This document shows positions 1 through 7,627 of a stretch of DNA of 17,450 bases, one piece after another. Every line of letters begins with the position of its first letter. The first letter of the stretch is position 1. The position numbers and the translations under genes are program-made. The DNA is from Spirochaetales bacterium. GTDB taxonomy: Bacteria; Spirochaetota; Spirochaetia; UBA9216. The notes under the pieces were generated by a model. The model was given only the letters and a program-made list of their open reading frames with translations. It did no database searches and was not told the origin of the DNA. Location of the stretch: NCBI GenBank assembly GCA_031273605.1, contig JAISRN010000200.1:1-17450 (forward strand). The letters are read 5' to 3'.

Positions 1-1393
1 CCAGGTTGACATTGGATCTTTCCAGCGCCGTGTTCATGGTGTCGAGCCGGTGGAACAGGCTGCCGAAACGCCGGGCAAGAACAAGGGTAATGGTAATGGT
101 GAACAAAAAAAATCCGTAGTTGCTGACGGAGAAAACCCCGCGGTTCATAAAGAAGCTGCTGAGGATGTCAATAACCCCGGCAGCGGACATTATGATGACG
201 CCGAGAATGAGGTTTCCCTGGGGGGTTTTGATGAGGGCATCCCCCAGGGCCTTTCGCGGGGGCTTTCCGGCGGCCCTTTTTTGTTCGGCCACGGCCCGGT
301 AGAAGGCGTAGATTATGCCGTAGCCAATGATGTAGGCAAATCCAAAAAGATCCGATACCCACCATACCCGAAGGATGTCATCCCCAAAGGGGCGGGGAAA
401 GATCCATTGGGCAAGGGCCAGGAGAAGGCAGAACGCTCCATATACTCTGGTGACGATGGTGGTTTTCCCGAAGCTTAGGTGTTCCAGGAAGGCGCTCAAC
501 AGGGGCAAGGCCATAAAGATGGCTGCGTATTCGATCTGATAGGTGATATTGGTGTCAGGAATAAGGCTATAAATCGAATGGCTTCTCATTAAAGAATAAA
601 TTCCCAGGAAGGCCGAAAAAAAACAGTAATAGAGGTTAAACCGGTCCCGGGGGCGGCTTAAAAAGAGCAGCAAGTGGTATATCCCCACAAAAATATACAC
701 CCCGCAAAAGGCCATCATCAGAAATTCGTTATGATTTTTTTGGATAATTTCATACTCATCAATATAATAGGGATCGTCGTAACACAGGCCCGTCCCGTCG
801 TAGTTCGGCGCCCCGATAATACGGAGGGCCAGTATGTTGGTCCCCCGGACAAACATGGATCTGTCCAGGGGCAATGAAATATACCGCCAGTTTCGGCCGG
901 ACAGGATCTGCCCCTCCTCGTCCAGATGGACTTCGGATTTTACCCTATAGCCGTTGAGGAATATTTCCCAGTTGTCCCCCAGGGTGGCCAGAAAGATCCC
1001 CGGCTGGGGGGACTTTTTTTCGTTAAATTGCTCAAATTGCTCCGGGCTTACCGTAAAGGGTATCACCATGGTGTATTCCCGGTCTTTTTCCCTGAAGGGA
1101 GAAAGAAAAACCCGTTTGGGAAGATCCGGCAGCCCCGTGTATTTAATGCTTACCGACCGGCGCAGATCCGGCTTAGACTGGATAACCTGCCAGGGGTCGG
1201 AGGAAAGTTCCGGGATTCTGATGCTTTCCGGGGGAACAAAACCGTTTTTTACATAGAGGGGGTAGGCGTACAGGTTGATATAAAAGGAGTCTTTCCGGGA
1301 ATCCGGTTCAGAGTATGGGGGAGCGCAGCCGCAAAGAATCAGCAGCAAACCGGCGCTGAACAGCGGACTTTTTAATTTTGAAACAATCTTCAT
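1..1393 (-). CDS. Partial membrane receptor (C-terminus lies beyond the window edge). It has a signal/lipoprotein-like N-terminus, a ~230-aa extracytoplasmic domain, then multiple TM helices (7TM receptor with extracellular domain, 7TMR-DISM-like architecture). The output domain is not in the window.
   Basis: ATG at 1393-1391 on the minus strand. Hand reverse-complement translation begins MKIVSKLKSPLFSAGLLLILCGCAPPYSEPDSRKDSFYINLYAYPLYVKNGFVPPESIRIPELS. Hand translation of 590-720 gives hydrophobic helices (..FLMMAFCGVYIFVGIYHLLLFLSRPRDRFNLYYCFFSAFLGIYSL..). No complete minus ORF is listed in the track here, consistent with an ORF that has no stop before position 1. Plus-strand ORFs 50..478 and 926..1375 are low-complexity antisense artefacts. 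Confidence 0.6.
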   Translation of the reverse strand, partial: MKIVSKLKSPLFSAGLLLILCGCAPPYSEPDSRKDSFYINLYAYPLYVKNGFVPPESIRIPELSSDPWQVIQSKPDLRRSVSIKYTGLPDLPKRVFLSPFREKDREYTMVIPFTVSPEQFEQFNEKKSPQPGIFLATLGDNWEIFLNGYRVKSEVHLDEEGQILSGRNWRYISLPLDRSMFVRGTNILALRIIGAPNYDGTGLCYDDPYYIDEYEIIQKNHNEFLMMAFCGVYIFVGIYHLLLFLSRPRDRFNLYYCFFSAFLGIYSLMRSHSIYSLIPDTNITYQIEYAAIFMALPLLSAFLEHLSFGKTTIVTRVYGAFCLLLALAQWIFPRPFGDDILRVWWVSDLFGFAYIIGYGIIYAFYRAVAEQKRAAGKPPRKALGDALIKTPQGNLILGVIIMSAAGVIDILSSFFMNRGVFSVSNYGFFLFTITITLVLARRFGSLFHRLDTMNTALERSNVNL

Positions 1394-1416
1394 TTTTTAC
1401 CTGGATTCGCCGACGC

Positions 1417-1441
1417 TCGAAAGGTCAGCATATTACTCATG
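1417..1441 (-). repeat. Copy 1 of an imperfect direct repeat (ATGARTAATATGCTGACCTT on the minus strand). It overlaps the permease stop and mimics the permease start.
   Basis: aggtcagcatattactcat at 1422-1440 versus aggtcagcatattattcat at 2737-2755, 19/20 identical. Confidence 0.6.
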
Positions 1442-2755
1442 GCTTTTTTCCCTGTTTCTCCGGAAAAGTTTTTCCAAAACCATATAAACCGCTATGGCGA
1501 CGATAATACCATTGACGGGGGGAATAAGAAAGGGAAGCGCCCCGCCGGTCCGCCAGGCCGTCAGCGCCCCCAGGCCGTAGGCAATGAGGCCAGGAAGATG
1601 GAAGCCCGGCCTCAGGGTAAAGCCGCCGGTTCCGATAGAAATTCCGAAACCCGCCGCGCCCGTCTTTGGGGCCCTCCGGCGGCGCAGGATTCGCGCCAGC
1701 CATGCGCCGATAACGACTCCGGCAATAGGGGGAACCAGGGAGGAGAGGAGGCTTAAGAAGCCCGACAGCAGGGAAAGAATCCCCGCCGCGCCCAGGAGGG
1801 TTCCGGTAAGCCCCGTTATGACGGCGGTCCGTTTAAACCGCCTTTCCCCAATGCCCAGGAGTACCGAAACCGCCAGGCTGCCGGAGTAGGCATTCATCAT
1901 GTTGGTAGTCCAGGCCGAAAGGATAAGGGTAATAAGGGCCATGGAGGGCAGCCCCGCATAGGCCAGCAGGGCGGTCATGTCGGCGTTTCCCGCGGCAATC
2001 CGGAAAAGCGCTCCGGCAAAAAACACCACCGTCCCCTTGACCGGCACGCCGAGAAAGAGGGACAGGATAAGCCCCCTCCGGTTCTTTGCGTAACGGCACC
2101 AGTCGCCGGTGGTACAGGCCCCCATGGCCCAAGCGCCTACGGCAACGGATATCCCCGCCCCCAAGGGCATGGGGGAAACCGGGCGGTAGGCCAGAAGGGC
2201 GGCCAGGCCCCCGTCTTTGGAGGAAATCACCATGTAAAGGGTATAAACCAGGGTGAGGATCAGCACCGGAACCATGATATAGCTCAGGAAGCTGAGGGCC
2301 CGGAAACCCAGCATGGCGGTGAAAGTCATCACCAGGCCCCAAAAAATCGTGCAGGCCCAAGCGGGGAGGGAGATTCCCAGGATGCCCGCCATCATAACGC
2401 TGAAGGAAGCCCCGCAGGCCGCGGCCTGAACGCCGAACCAGCCCACACTGGTTACCCCAAGGAGGAGGGCGGCAACAAAGCGGGCGCCCAGGACCCCCAT
2501 GCCCTCCGCGCTGATCACCGCCGAGGGCAGCCCCGTGTCGCAGCTTTGGATACCCATCAGGGCGCCGTAAATAAAAAGAATGAGAAAACCCGCGGCAAGG
2601 CACAGGGCAACGCCCCCCAGGGAAAGCCCTTCGCTCAGCATCCCCCCGATAAAAAAAGCGGGGAGGCAGAACATCATTCCTCCGGGGATCAGGGCAAGGC
2701 CGAGCCAGCCCTGTCTTTCCTGGTCCCGAACTTTGAAGGTCAGCATATTATTCAT
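1433..2755 (-). CDS. NCS1 family nucleobase transporter (cytosine/purine permease, CodB-like)
   Basis: 440-aa ORF with about 12 hydrophobic helices and Gly/Ala-rich TM segments typical of the purine-cytosine permease family. ATG start at 2755-2753. Confidence 0.8.
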   Translation of the reverse strand: MNNMLTFKVRDQERQGWLGLALIPGGMMFCLPAFFIGGMLSEGLSLGGVALCLAAGFLILFIYGALMGIQSCDTGLPSAVISAEGMGVLGARFVAALLLGVTSVGWFGVQAAACGASFSVMMAGILGISLPAWACTIFWGLVMTFTAMLGFRALSFLSYIMVPVLILTLVYTLYMVISSKDGGLAALLAYRPVSPMPLGAGISVAVGAWAMGACTTGDWCRYAKNRRGLILSLFLGVPVKGTVVFFAGALFRIAAGNADMTALLAYAGLPSMALITLILSAWTTNMMNAYSGSLAVSVLLGIGERRFKRTAVITGLTGTLLGAAGILSLLSGFLSLLSSLVPPIAGVVIGAWLARILRRRRAPKTGAAGFGISIGTGGFTLRPGFHLPGLIAYGLGALTAWRTGGALPFLIPPVNGIIVAIAVYMVLEKLFRRNREKSHE

Positions 2756-2757
2756 AT
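2733..2757 (-). repeat. Copy 2 of the same direct repeat (the real permease start codon region)
   Basis: See copy 1. This copy encodes the MNNMLTF N-terminus of the permease. Confidence 0.6.
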
Positions 2758-2848
2758 TTGATACATAGTATCATAAAGAGCCTGAACCGGCAACGCGGAA
2801 AAACAAGAACTTGACAGGAGGGGTATTAAGGAAATACAGTGGAGAAAC

Positions 2849-3928
2849 ATGAAATATTTAGCCTGCGCGGATCTGCATTGTTCAAAAAGCGAAGAAGCCT
2901 ATTCCCTTTCGGTTTTGGAAGAGATTGCCGCGATATGCCGGGAAGAAAAGACCGACGGCCTTTTGCTGGGGGGGGACATTTTTGATTCCTTTCAGGATGC
3001 GGAAAATATGCGAAACCTGTTCGTCGGCCTTTTGGAAAAACTTCCCGAAAACTGCCGGGTTTATTATATTCCCGGCAATCACGAGGAGCTGCGGGCGGCG
3101 GGAACCCTGGAAAAATTTGATTTTGGCCGGGCCCGGCTTTTGGCGGCAAAACCCTATTCCCTGGAATCCCTGGACGTCGGCCTTGAACTGGCGGCAATCC
3201 CCTTTCAAAAAAACTACTCCGCCTACCGGAGCTGGAAGGTTCCCCCAAAGGGAAATAAAAAACGCATAGTCCTTGCCCACGGAACGGTTCCGGGAATCCG
3301 TGGGTATTTTCAGGAAGAAGAGAATCCCCCGGGGGTTTTAGACGAAGACCTCTTTGCCTGCCTGGAGGCGGACCTGGCGGTGGTTGGGCACATCCACGCC
3401 GGGTACAAAAAACAAAGCGGAGACTGCCTGATTATCTCCCCCGGTTCCGCCAGGGTTTGGCGGGAAGGGGAAACCGGAAGCCGCCGGGCCTTTCTGATTG
3501 ACTCCGGGGCTTTAGGGAGGCCCGGGGAAATTATCCTGGCCTCCGCCGGGCAGTACCGGATAATCGGCGTTGAGGCTTTTCCCGATTGTTCCCTGGGCTT
3601 TCCTGAGGAACTGGAAACCGGAAAGGGCTTATCCCCCCCGGACTGGCTCTGCCTTAAAGTTTCCGGGGCTGTGGAGGATGAAACGGAGGTTATGAAGGGG
3701 ATTAATAAAAAAATAGAAGAACTTAAAAAAAAATACCGCCGCATTACCCTTGCCAAGGAAGATCTTTTTGTGCTAAAAGGGATTTCTACCCATCCTTTGG
3801 CCCTTCAGTTTATCAAAAAATGGGAAGAAAGCCGGGAGAAGTACGGGGGGGAGGATGAGGAGGCCTACCGGCTTGCCAAATGGCGGGGACTGGCTAAATT
3901 AAAAGAAATAGCGGAAGCCCGGAAATGA
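2849..3928 (+). CDS. Mre11/SbcD-like calcineurin-type metallophosphoesterase (DNA nuclease subunit, YhaO/SbcD-like)
   Basis: All five phosphoesterase motifs are readable: CADLHCS (D-x-H), GGDIFD (GDxxD), PGNHE (GNH[DE]), LAHGT, VGHIHAG (GH-H). GGAG sits 6 nt upstream of the ATG. The stop overlaps the next gene's start as ATGA (3925-3928). Confidence 0.85.
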   Translation: MKYLACADLHCSKSEEAYSLSVLEEIAAICREEKTDGLLLGGDIFDSFQDAENMRNLFVGLLEKLPENCRVYYIPGNHEELRAAGTLEKFDFGRARLLAAKPYSLESLDVGLELAAIPFQKNYSAYRSWKVPPKGNKKRIVLAHGTVPGIRGYFQEEENPPGVLDEDLFACLEADLAVVGHIHAGYKKQSGDCLIISPGSARVWREGETGSRRAFLIDSGALGRPGEIILASAGQYRIIGVEAFPDCSLGFPEELETGKGLSPPDWLCLKVSGAVEDETEVMKGINKKIEELKKKYRRITLAKEDLFVLKGISTHPLALQFIKKWEESREKYGGEDEEAYRLAKWRGLAKLKEIAEARK

Positions 3929-6192
3929 TTGAAACCCTTAATTTGACGGATTTCGGCAAGTTTAAAAAACGCCGCTTTGATTTTAAGCCGGTTACCCTTT
4001 TTCTCGGGGAAAACGAAACGGGAAAGTCTACCCTTTTTGACGCTATTTTCGATAAAATCTGCGCCCCCAAGGGCAACAGCGCCGAAGGCAGGCGGCTTAA
4101 AAGCCGTTACGGCGAAACCCGGCAGGCCGAATTAACGGGGGATGCGCCCCGGATTTCCGAATCCGACTTTCTTAACCTTTACGCGGTTAAAGCGGGGTCC
4201 GCCGCTCTTGAAATTGACAATAATTCCGAAGCCATAAACATCGTTAAGGCTTCGCTTTTTTCAGGGGGAATCGATCCGAAAATCCCGGCGGACAGCCTGA
4301 TAAGGGCCGTTAAAGCCCGGGGAAGGGATTCCTTAAGCGAAGGGATAAAACAAGCCGAACAGGACATAGGGCGGTTAAAAAGCGATCTTGAGCGGGATTA
4401 CGGCATCCGCAAAAATTATCTTTTTAAAGAGGCCGAAATAAAGCAAAAAGACGCCGCCCTGGAGGAGGCTGAAAAAAAAATAGCCCTGCTGGAAGAATCC
4501 GGGGCGGCCCTCGAAAAAGCTGTTAAGGATCAGCGCCTTATTAAAGACGAAAAACAATTTACCGAAATTATTTCTTTAATTTCCGATCTTAGGCGGCGGC
4601 GGGAGAACGTAAAAAAATATGCATCCTACTCTGCCGAAACTTTAGAAAAAATCAAAAATCTTGAAAATGCGGAAAAGGACTGCCAAAACGAAATTGACGC
4701 CGCGGCCAAAAATCTGGAAGCCGCTCTTAAAGAGGCGGCCGTAAAGGCGGGGGAAAAAAACGCCCTTGAAAAGGAACAGCATAAATTTGACCGGGTAAAA
4801 ATCCTTGCGGATTCCCTTAAAGACCGGATTTATCCCAAGGAAAGGCTGATTGAGAAAAAAAGCGTTCTCCGGATAAATAAAGTTTTTATTGCCATAGCCT
4901 TTTTGTTTACCGCCCTGGGGGTGTTTTTATTTTTTAACGTCCCGCCCCGGATAAGTTTTTTTGTTTTAGCGGGGGGGCTTGTCCTAGCCCTTGCCTTTTT
5001 GATTTGTGCTTTTAGAAAGCAGACCGTCGATGATGTTTCCCGGTTAAGGGGGGAGCTTGAATCCCTGCGGGAAAGGTGGCGCAGAGAAACAGGGGGGGAA
5101 CTGGAGGAAAGCTACGAAGGAATTCTCCTGGCCCTGGAAAACGCTTCCCGGGACGCGGAATTTGCCCTGGAAAATTACACCCGGTCATGTGAAGCCGCCG
5201 CCGCCGCCGAAGAAAAGGCCCGGGCCCTTATGGGGCAAAAGGCCCAGGGGGAAAACCGCTATGCCGGGGTAAAGAGGGAGTTGACCGGCGCCTTGAGCCG
5301 CGCCGGGGTAAGCGGCGCAACCGAATACGCCGCCGCCCTTGCCCGAAAGGAAAGCGAAACCGAAGGCTGCGCCGAAATCGAAAAAAAAGTCCGGCTCTAC
5401 GGGGGGGAATACGGCGGGGTTTCCGAAGACGCCCTTGAGGATGCTCTCCGGCTGAAAATAAAAAATATCCGCGAAACGGCGCCCCCCGGGGAACTTACGG
5501 AAAACGAATTAAGAAGGCTCGAAATTCAGTTAAGCGAAAACAGGAAGATGATTGCTGCCCTGCAAAAAACACGGGGGGAGTCTATCTCCTCGGTAAGCCG
5601 GGACCGGGGTGAAACCCATGCCGTTTTTGGGGAGCTTCCCCAAAAAATTACCGAAGAAGAAAAGGCCCTGGGGGAGGCGGAGGCCAGGCTGGGGGAACTA
5701 AAAAGGGAAATCCGCGCCTCGGAGATTGCCGGGGAGATCTTTTCCTCCCTGTCGGAGGACGCGGGAAGAATGCTTGTTAATCTTTCGGAGGAAATAAAAA
5801 CCGTTTTTTCTTCGTTTACCTCCGCCGGTCAAACCAAAGTCCGGGAAGTGGGATTAAAGTCTTTTTCCCTAAGCGACAGCGTTACCGTTTCCGATGAACT
5901 GGGGACCCCTCGGGATCTGGCCCACCTTTCCGCCGGCACCCGGGACGCCTTTTTCCTGGCCGCCCGGCTTATCCTTGCCGCAAAGTCTCAAGGGGGGGGC
6001 AAAAAAGCTCCCATCATTTTTGACGAATCCTTCACCGCCCTCGACAGGCCGCGGACGGAGCGGGCCTTAAAAATTCTGGAAGAGTTCCGCCAAAAAACAG
6101 GCGTCCAGATTGTTATCTTTACCAAGGACTTTGATCTGGAAGAACCGGCCCGGGCCGTTTTCGGGGACGCCCTGGGGGTAAACAGGCTCTAG
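3925..6192 (+). CDS. Rad50/SbcC-like SMC-family ATPase with two transmembrane helices inserted at the coiled-coil apex (YhaN/AAA_27-like architecture)
   Basis: N-terminal Walker A LFLGENETGKST. Long Lys/Glu/Ala-rich coiled-coil segments. C-terminal ABC signature variant LSAGTRDAFFLAARL. Walker B plus D-loop PIIFDESFTALD. Mid-protein hydrophobic hairpin KVFIAIAFLFTALGVFLFF..ISFFVLAGGLVLALAFLICAF (nt about 4880-5013). No CxxC zinc hook is visible. Translationally coupled to the upstream nuclease gene. Confidence 0.85.
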   Translation: MIETLNLTDFGKFKKRRFDFKPVTLFLGENETGKSTLFDAIFDKICAPKGNSAEGRRLKSRYGETRQAELTGDAPRISESDFLNLYAVKAGSAALEIDNNSEAINIVKASLFSGGIDPKIPADSLIRAVKARGRDSLSEGIKQAEQDIGRLKSDLERDYGIRKNYLFKEAEIKQKDAALEEAEKKIALLEESGAALEKAVKDQRLIKDEKQFTEIISLISDLRRRRENVKKYASYSAETLEKIKNLENAEKDCQNEIDAAAKNLEAALKEAAVKAGEKNALEKEQHKFDRVKILADSLKDRIYPKERLIEKKSVLRINKVFIAIAFLFTALGVFLFFNVPPRISFFVLAGGLVLALAFLICAFRKQTVDDVSRLRGELESLRERWRRETGGELEESYEGILLALENASRDAEFALENYTRSCEAAAAAEEKARALMGQKAQGENRYAGVKRELTGALSRAGVSGATEYAAALARKESETEGCAEIEKKVRLYGGEYGGVSEDALEDALRLKIKNIRETAPPGELTENELRRLEIQLSENRKMIAALQKTRGESISSVSRDRGETHAVFGELPQKITEEEKALGEAEARLGELKREIRASEIAGEIFSSLSEDAGRMLVNLSEEIKTVFSSFTSAGQTKVREVGLKSFSLSDSVTVSDELGTPRDLAHLSAGTRDAFFLAARLILAAKSQGGGKKAPIIFDESFTALDRPRTERALKILEEFRQKTGVQIVIFTKDFDLEEPARAVFGDALGVNRL

Positions 6193-6203
6193 TGTCCTGT
6201 ATT

Positions 6204-6229
6204 CATCATTAACCACGGACAACACGGAC
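6204..6229. repeat. Three copies of CACGGAC within 26 bp at the GC-rich/AT-rich junction
   Basis: cacggac at 6204-6210, 6213-6219 and 6223-6229 (ccacggacaacacggacggacacggacaaag). Confidence 0.5.
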
Positions 6230-6313
6230 GGACACGGACAAAGAAAAAGGACAAAAATGAAGTCTTATCGGCTTGAGCGTTATGCGCAATACAAATTTAA
6301 CCGGTAGAAAGTA

Positions 6314-6340
6314 TTTACAAAATATAAAAAATGCTATAAA
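6314..6340 (+). promoter_or_regulatory. Putative sigma70-like promoter with extended -10 for the methyltransferase gene
   Basis: TTTACA (6314-6319), 15-nt spacer, TGcTATAAA (6332-6340). There is no obvious Shine-Dalgarno before the ATG at 6349. Confidence 0.35.
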
Positions 6341-6348
6341 CTAAAATA

Positions 6349-7155
6349 ATGAATATATTTTCGATAAGTGTCGAGAATGATGAATTTCAAATTATAACCT
6401 CCCTAAAATTGAACCGTATAAAACGAAAAAAATCAAATGAAATTTTCATTGAGGGAATAGAATGCATTAAACAGGCAATGGATTCAAAAATCGAAATTAC
6501 TCGAATAATAATTAAGGATTTTTATGCTTTATCGGATTGGGGTAAAAGCGTAATAAAAAAATATGAAGACAAAAAAATCATAGAAATGTCAAAAGAATTG
6601 TATAATACTTTATGTGATAAAGAAAATCCATCTGAATTATTAGTAACGGCACAAATAAAACAAAATAAACTGGAAGAATTTGATACAAAAAATCCATTTG
6701 TATTGTTGTTTGACAGGCCGAGTGATTATGGTAATTTGGGTTCAATAATACGTTCGGCAAATGCTTTTAATATAGATGCAATATTTATTATGGGGCATGG
6801 AATAGACATATATGAACCAAAAGTAATAAGGGCAAGTTTAGGAAGTATATTTCTTACAAAAATTATAAATATAGAATCAATGGAAGTTCTCGAAAAATAC
6901 ATTCAAGAACAAAAGACAAAAAATAATATAAAAATAATAGGAACGGATTCTGCTGGCGATACATCAATAAAAAGTGAAAAATTGAATAAACCAATAATGG
7001 TAATTATAGGGAATGAAGCAAAAGGAATGAGTATAGGGTTGAAGAAATTATGTGATAAAATAATAAAAATACCAATTGAAGGAAGCATAAACTCATTAAA
7101 TGTATCATGTGCGGCATCAATAGTAATGTGGGAAGTATATAAAAATGAATTGTAA
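6349..7155 (+). CDS. SPOUT (SpoU/TrmH) family RNA 2'-O-ribose methyltransferase with N-terminal substrate-binding domain (RlmB/TsnR/AviRb-like rRNA methyltransferase)
   Basis: SPOUT motifs: NLGSIIRSANAF (motif 1), IIGNEAKGMS (motif 2, GNE..G), IPIEGSINSLNVSCAASIVMWE (motif 3). About 100 aa N-terminal extension. 268 aa. Strongly AT-biased codon usage unlike neighbouring genes. Confidence 0.85.
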   Translation: MNIFSISVENDEFQIITSLKLNRIKRKKSNEIFIEGIECIKQAMDSKIEITRIIIKDFYALSDWGKSVIKKYEDKKIIEMSKELYNTLCDKENPSELLVTAQIKQNKLEEFDTKNPFVLLFDRPSDYGNLGSIIRSANAFNIDAIFIMGHGIDIYEPKVIRASLGSIFLTKIINIESMEVLEKYIQEQKTKNNIKIIGTDSAGDTSIKSEKLNKPIMVIIGNEAKGMSIGLKKLCDKIIKIPIEGSINSLNVSCAASIVMWEVYKNEL

Positions 7156-7627
7156 AAATAGTGGCGCCTCCCCCTTGCCCTTTTGGGGCGGCTTTGCTAT
7201 GATGTTTCTGCATTCCTGCGGGCACGCTTAAAACGGGGGTTTTCCCGCCCTGTGGCGCCGCCGCCCCCTGGGCGGAGGGCGTGCCGGTCCTGCCTGCAAG
7301 GGGCTCCCGGTTAAGGGAAAAACGAAGATGCCGAACTTCGGTAAAAACGAGGCGCTTGTAACGGGAACAAGATAGAAGCCGATCCCTTCCAAAAAGGATC
7401 ACACCACAGGGCCCTGCCGGGCGGGTTAATAAAGCTGTTTCGGCAGCTCTATTAATGACGCCGGTTATGAAAGGACCAGCGGGCGCCGGGATACCGGGTG
7501 GGGTTGTTTTGGGCCAGCGGACGGTGAAATGTCCGCCGCCTGTCCGCCCTGAATAATCCTCACGCTGAACGGGCCTCCGTCCTTTCCTAATGCAGGGCCT
7601 ATTTTTTGTTTTTATAAGGGGGACGCC

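Larger units (their letters stand above)
6240..7160. other. Compositionally anomalous AT-rich segment (probable horizontally acquired island) containing a single gene
   Basis: Abrupt shift from GC-rich sequence to A/T-dominated codons (AAA, AAT, ATA, TTA) between about 6240 and about 7157. Flanking genes on both sides are GC-rich. Confidence 0.65.

Noticed and set aside
50-478. Plus-strand ORFs 50..478, 120..302, 674..877, 926..1375, 954..1256
   Set aside because: Low-complexity Gly/Pro/Arg-rich translations lying antisense to a coherent minus-strand membrane-protein ORF with signal peptide and TM helices.
1833-2603. Minus ORF 1833..2603 (256 aa) and plus ORFs 1439..1756, 1584..1889 inside the permease locus
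   Set aside because: Alternative frames of the permease gene. Pro/Arg/Gly-rich nonsense typical of high-GC off-frames.
2826-3756. Minus ORFs 2826..3248, 2882..3280, 3310..3756 and plus ORF 2925..3269
   Set aside because: Overlap the SbcD-like gene, which has complete catalytic motifs. They have no domain-like features.
6257-6307. Tiny ORF MKSYRLERYAQYKFNR in the junction region
   Set aside because: No Shine-Dalgarno and only 16 codons. Indistinguishable from chance in AT-rich sequence.
6240-7160. Looked for terminal inverted repeats, a transposase or an integrase flanking the AT-rich island
   Set aside because: None found. Only the CACGGAC array at the left edge, so the island is not called a mobile element.
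7156-7627. Known structured-RNA signatures (RNase P P4 GGAAAGUCCGG, tmRNA tag/CCA T-arm, SRP domain IV, B12 box GCCACUG, TPP CUGAGA, GEMM) in the ORF-free spacer
   Set aside because: None recognised by eye. Left as an unclassified candidate in findings rather than a called ncRNA.
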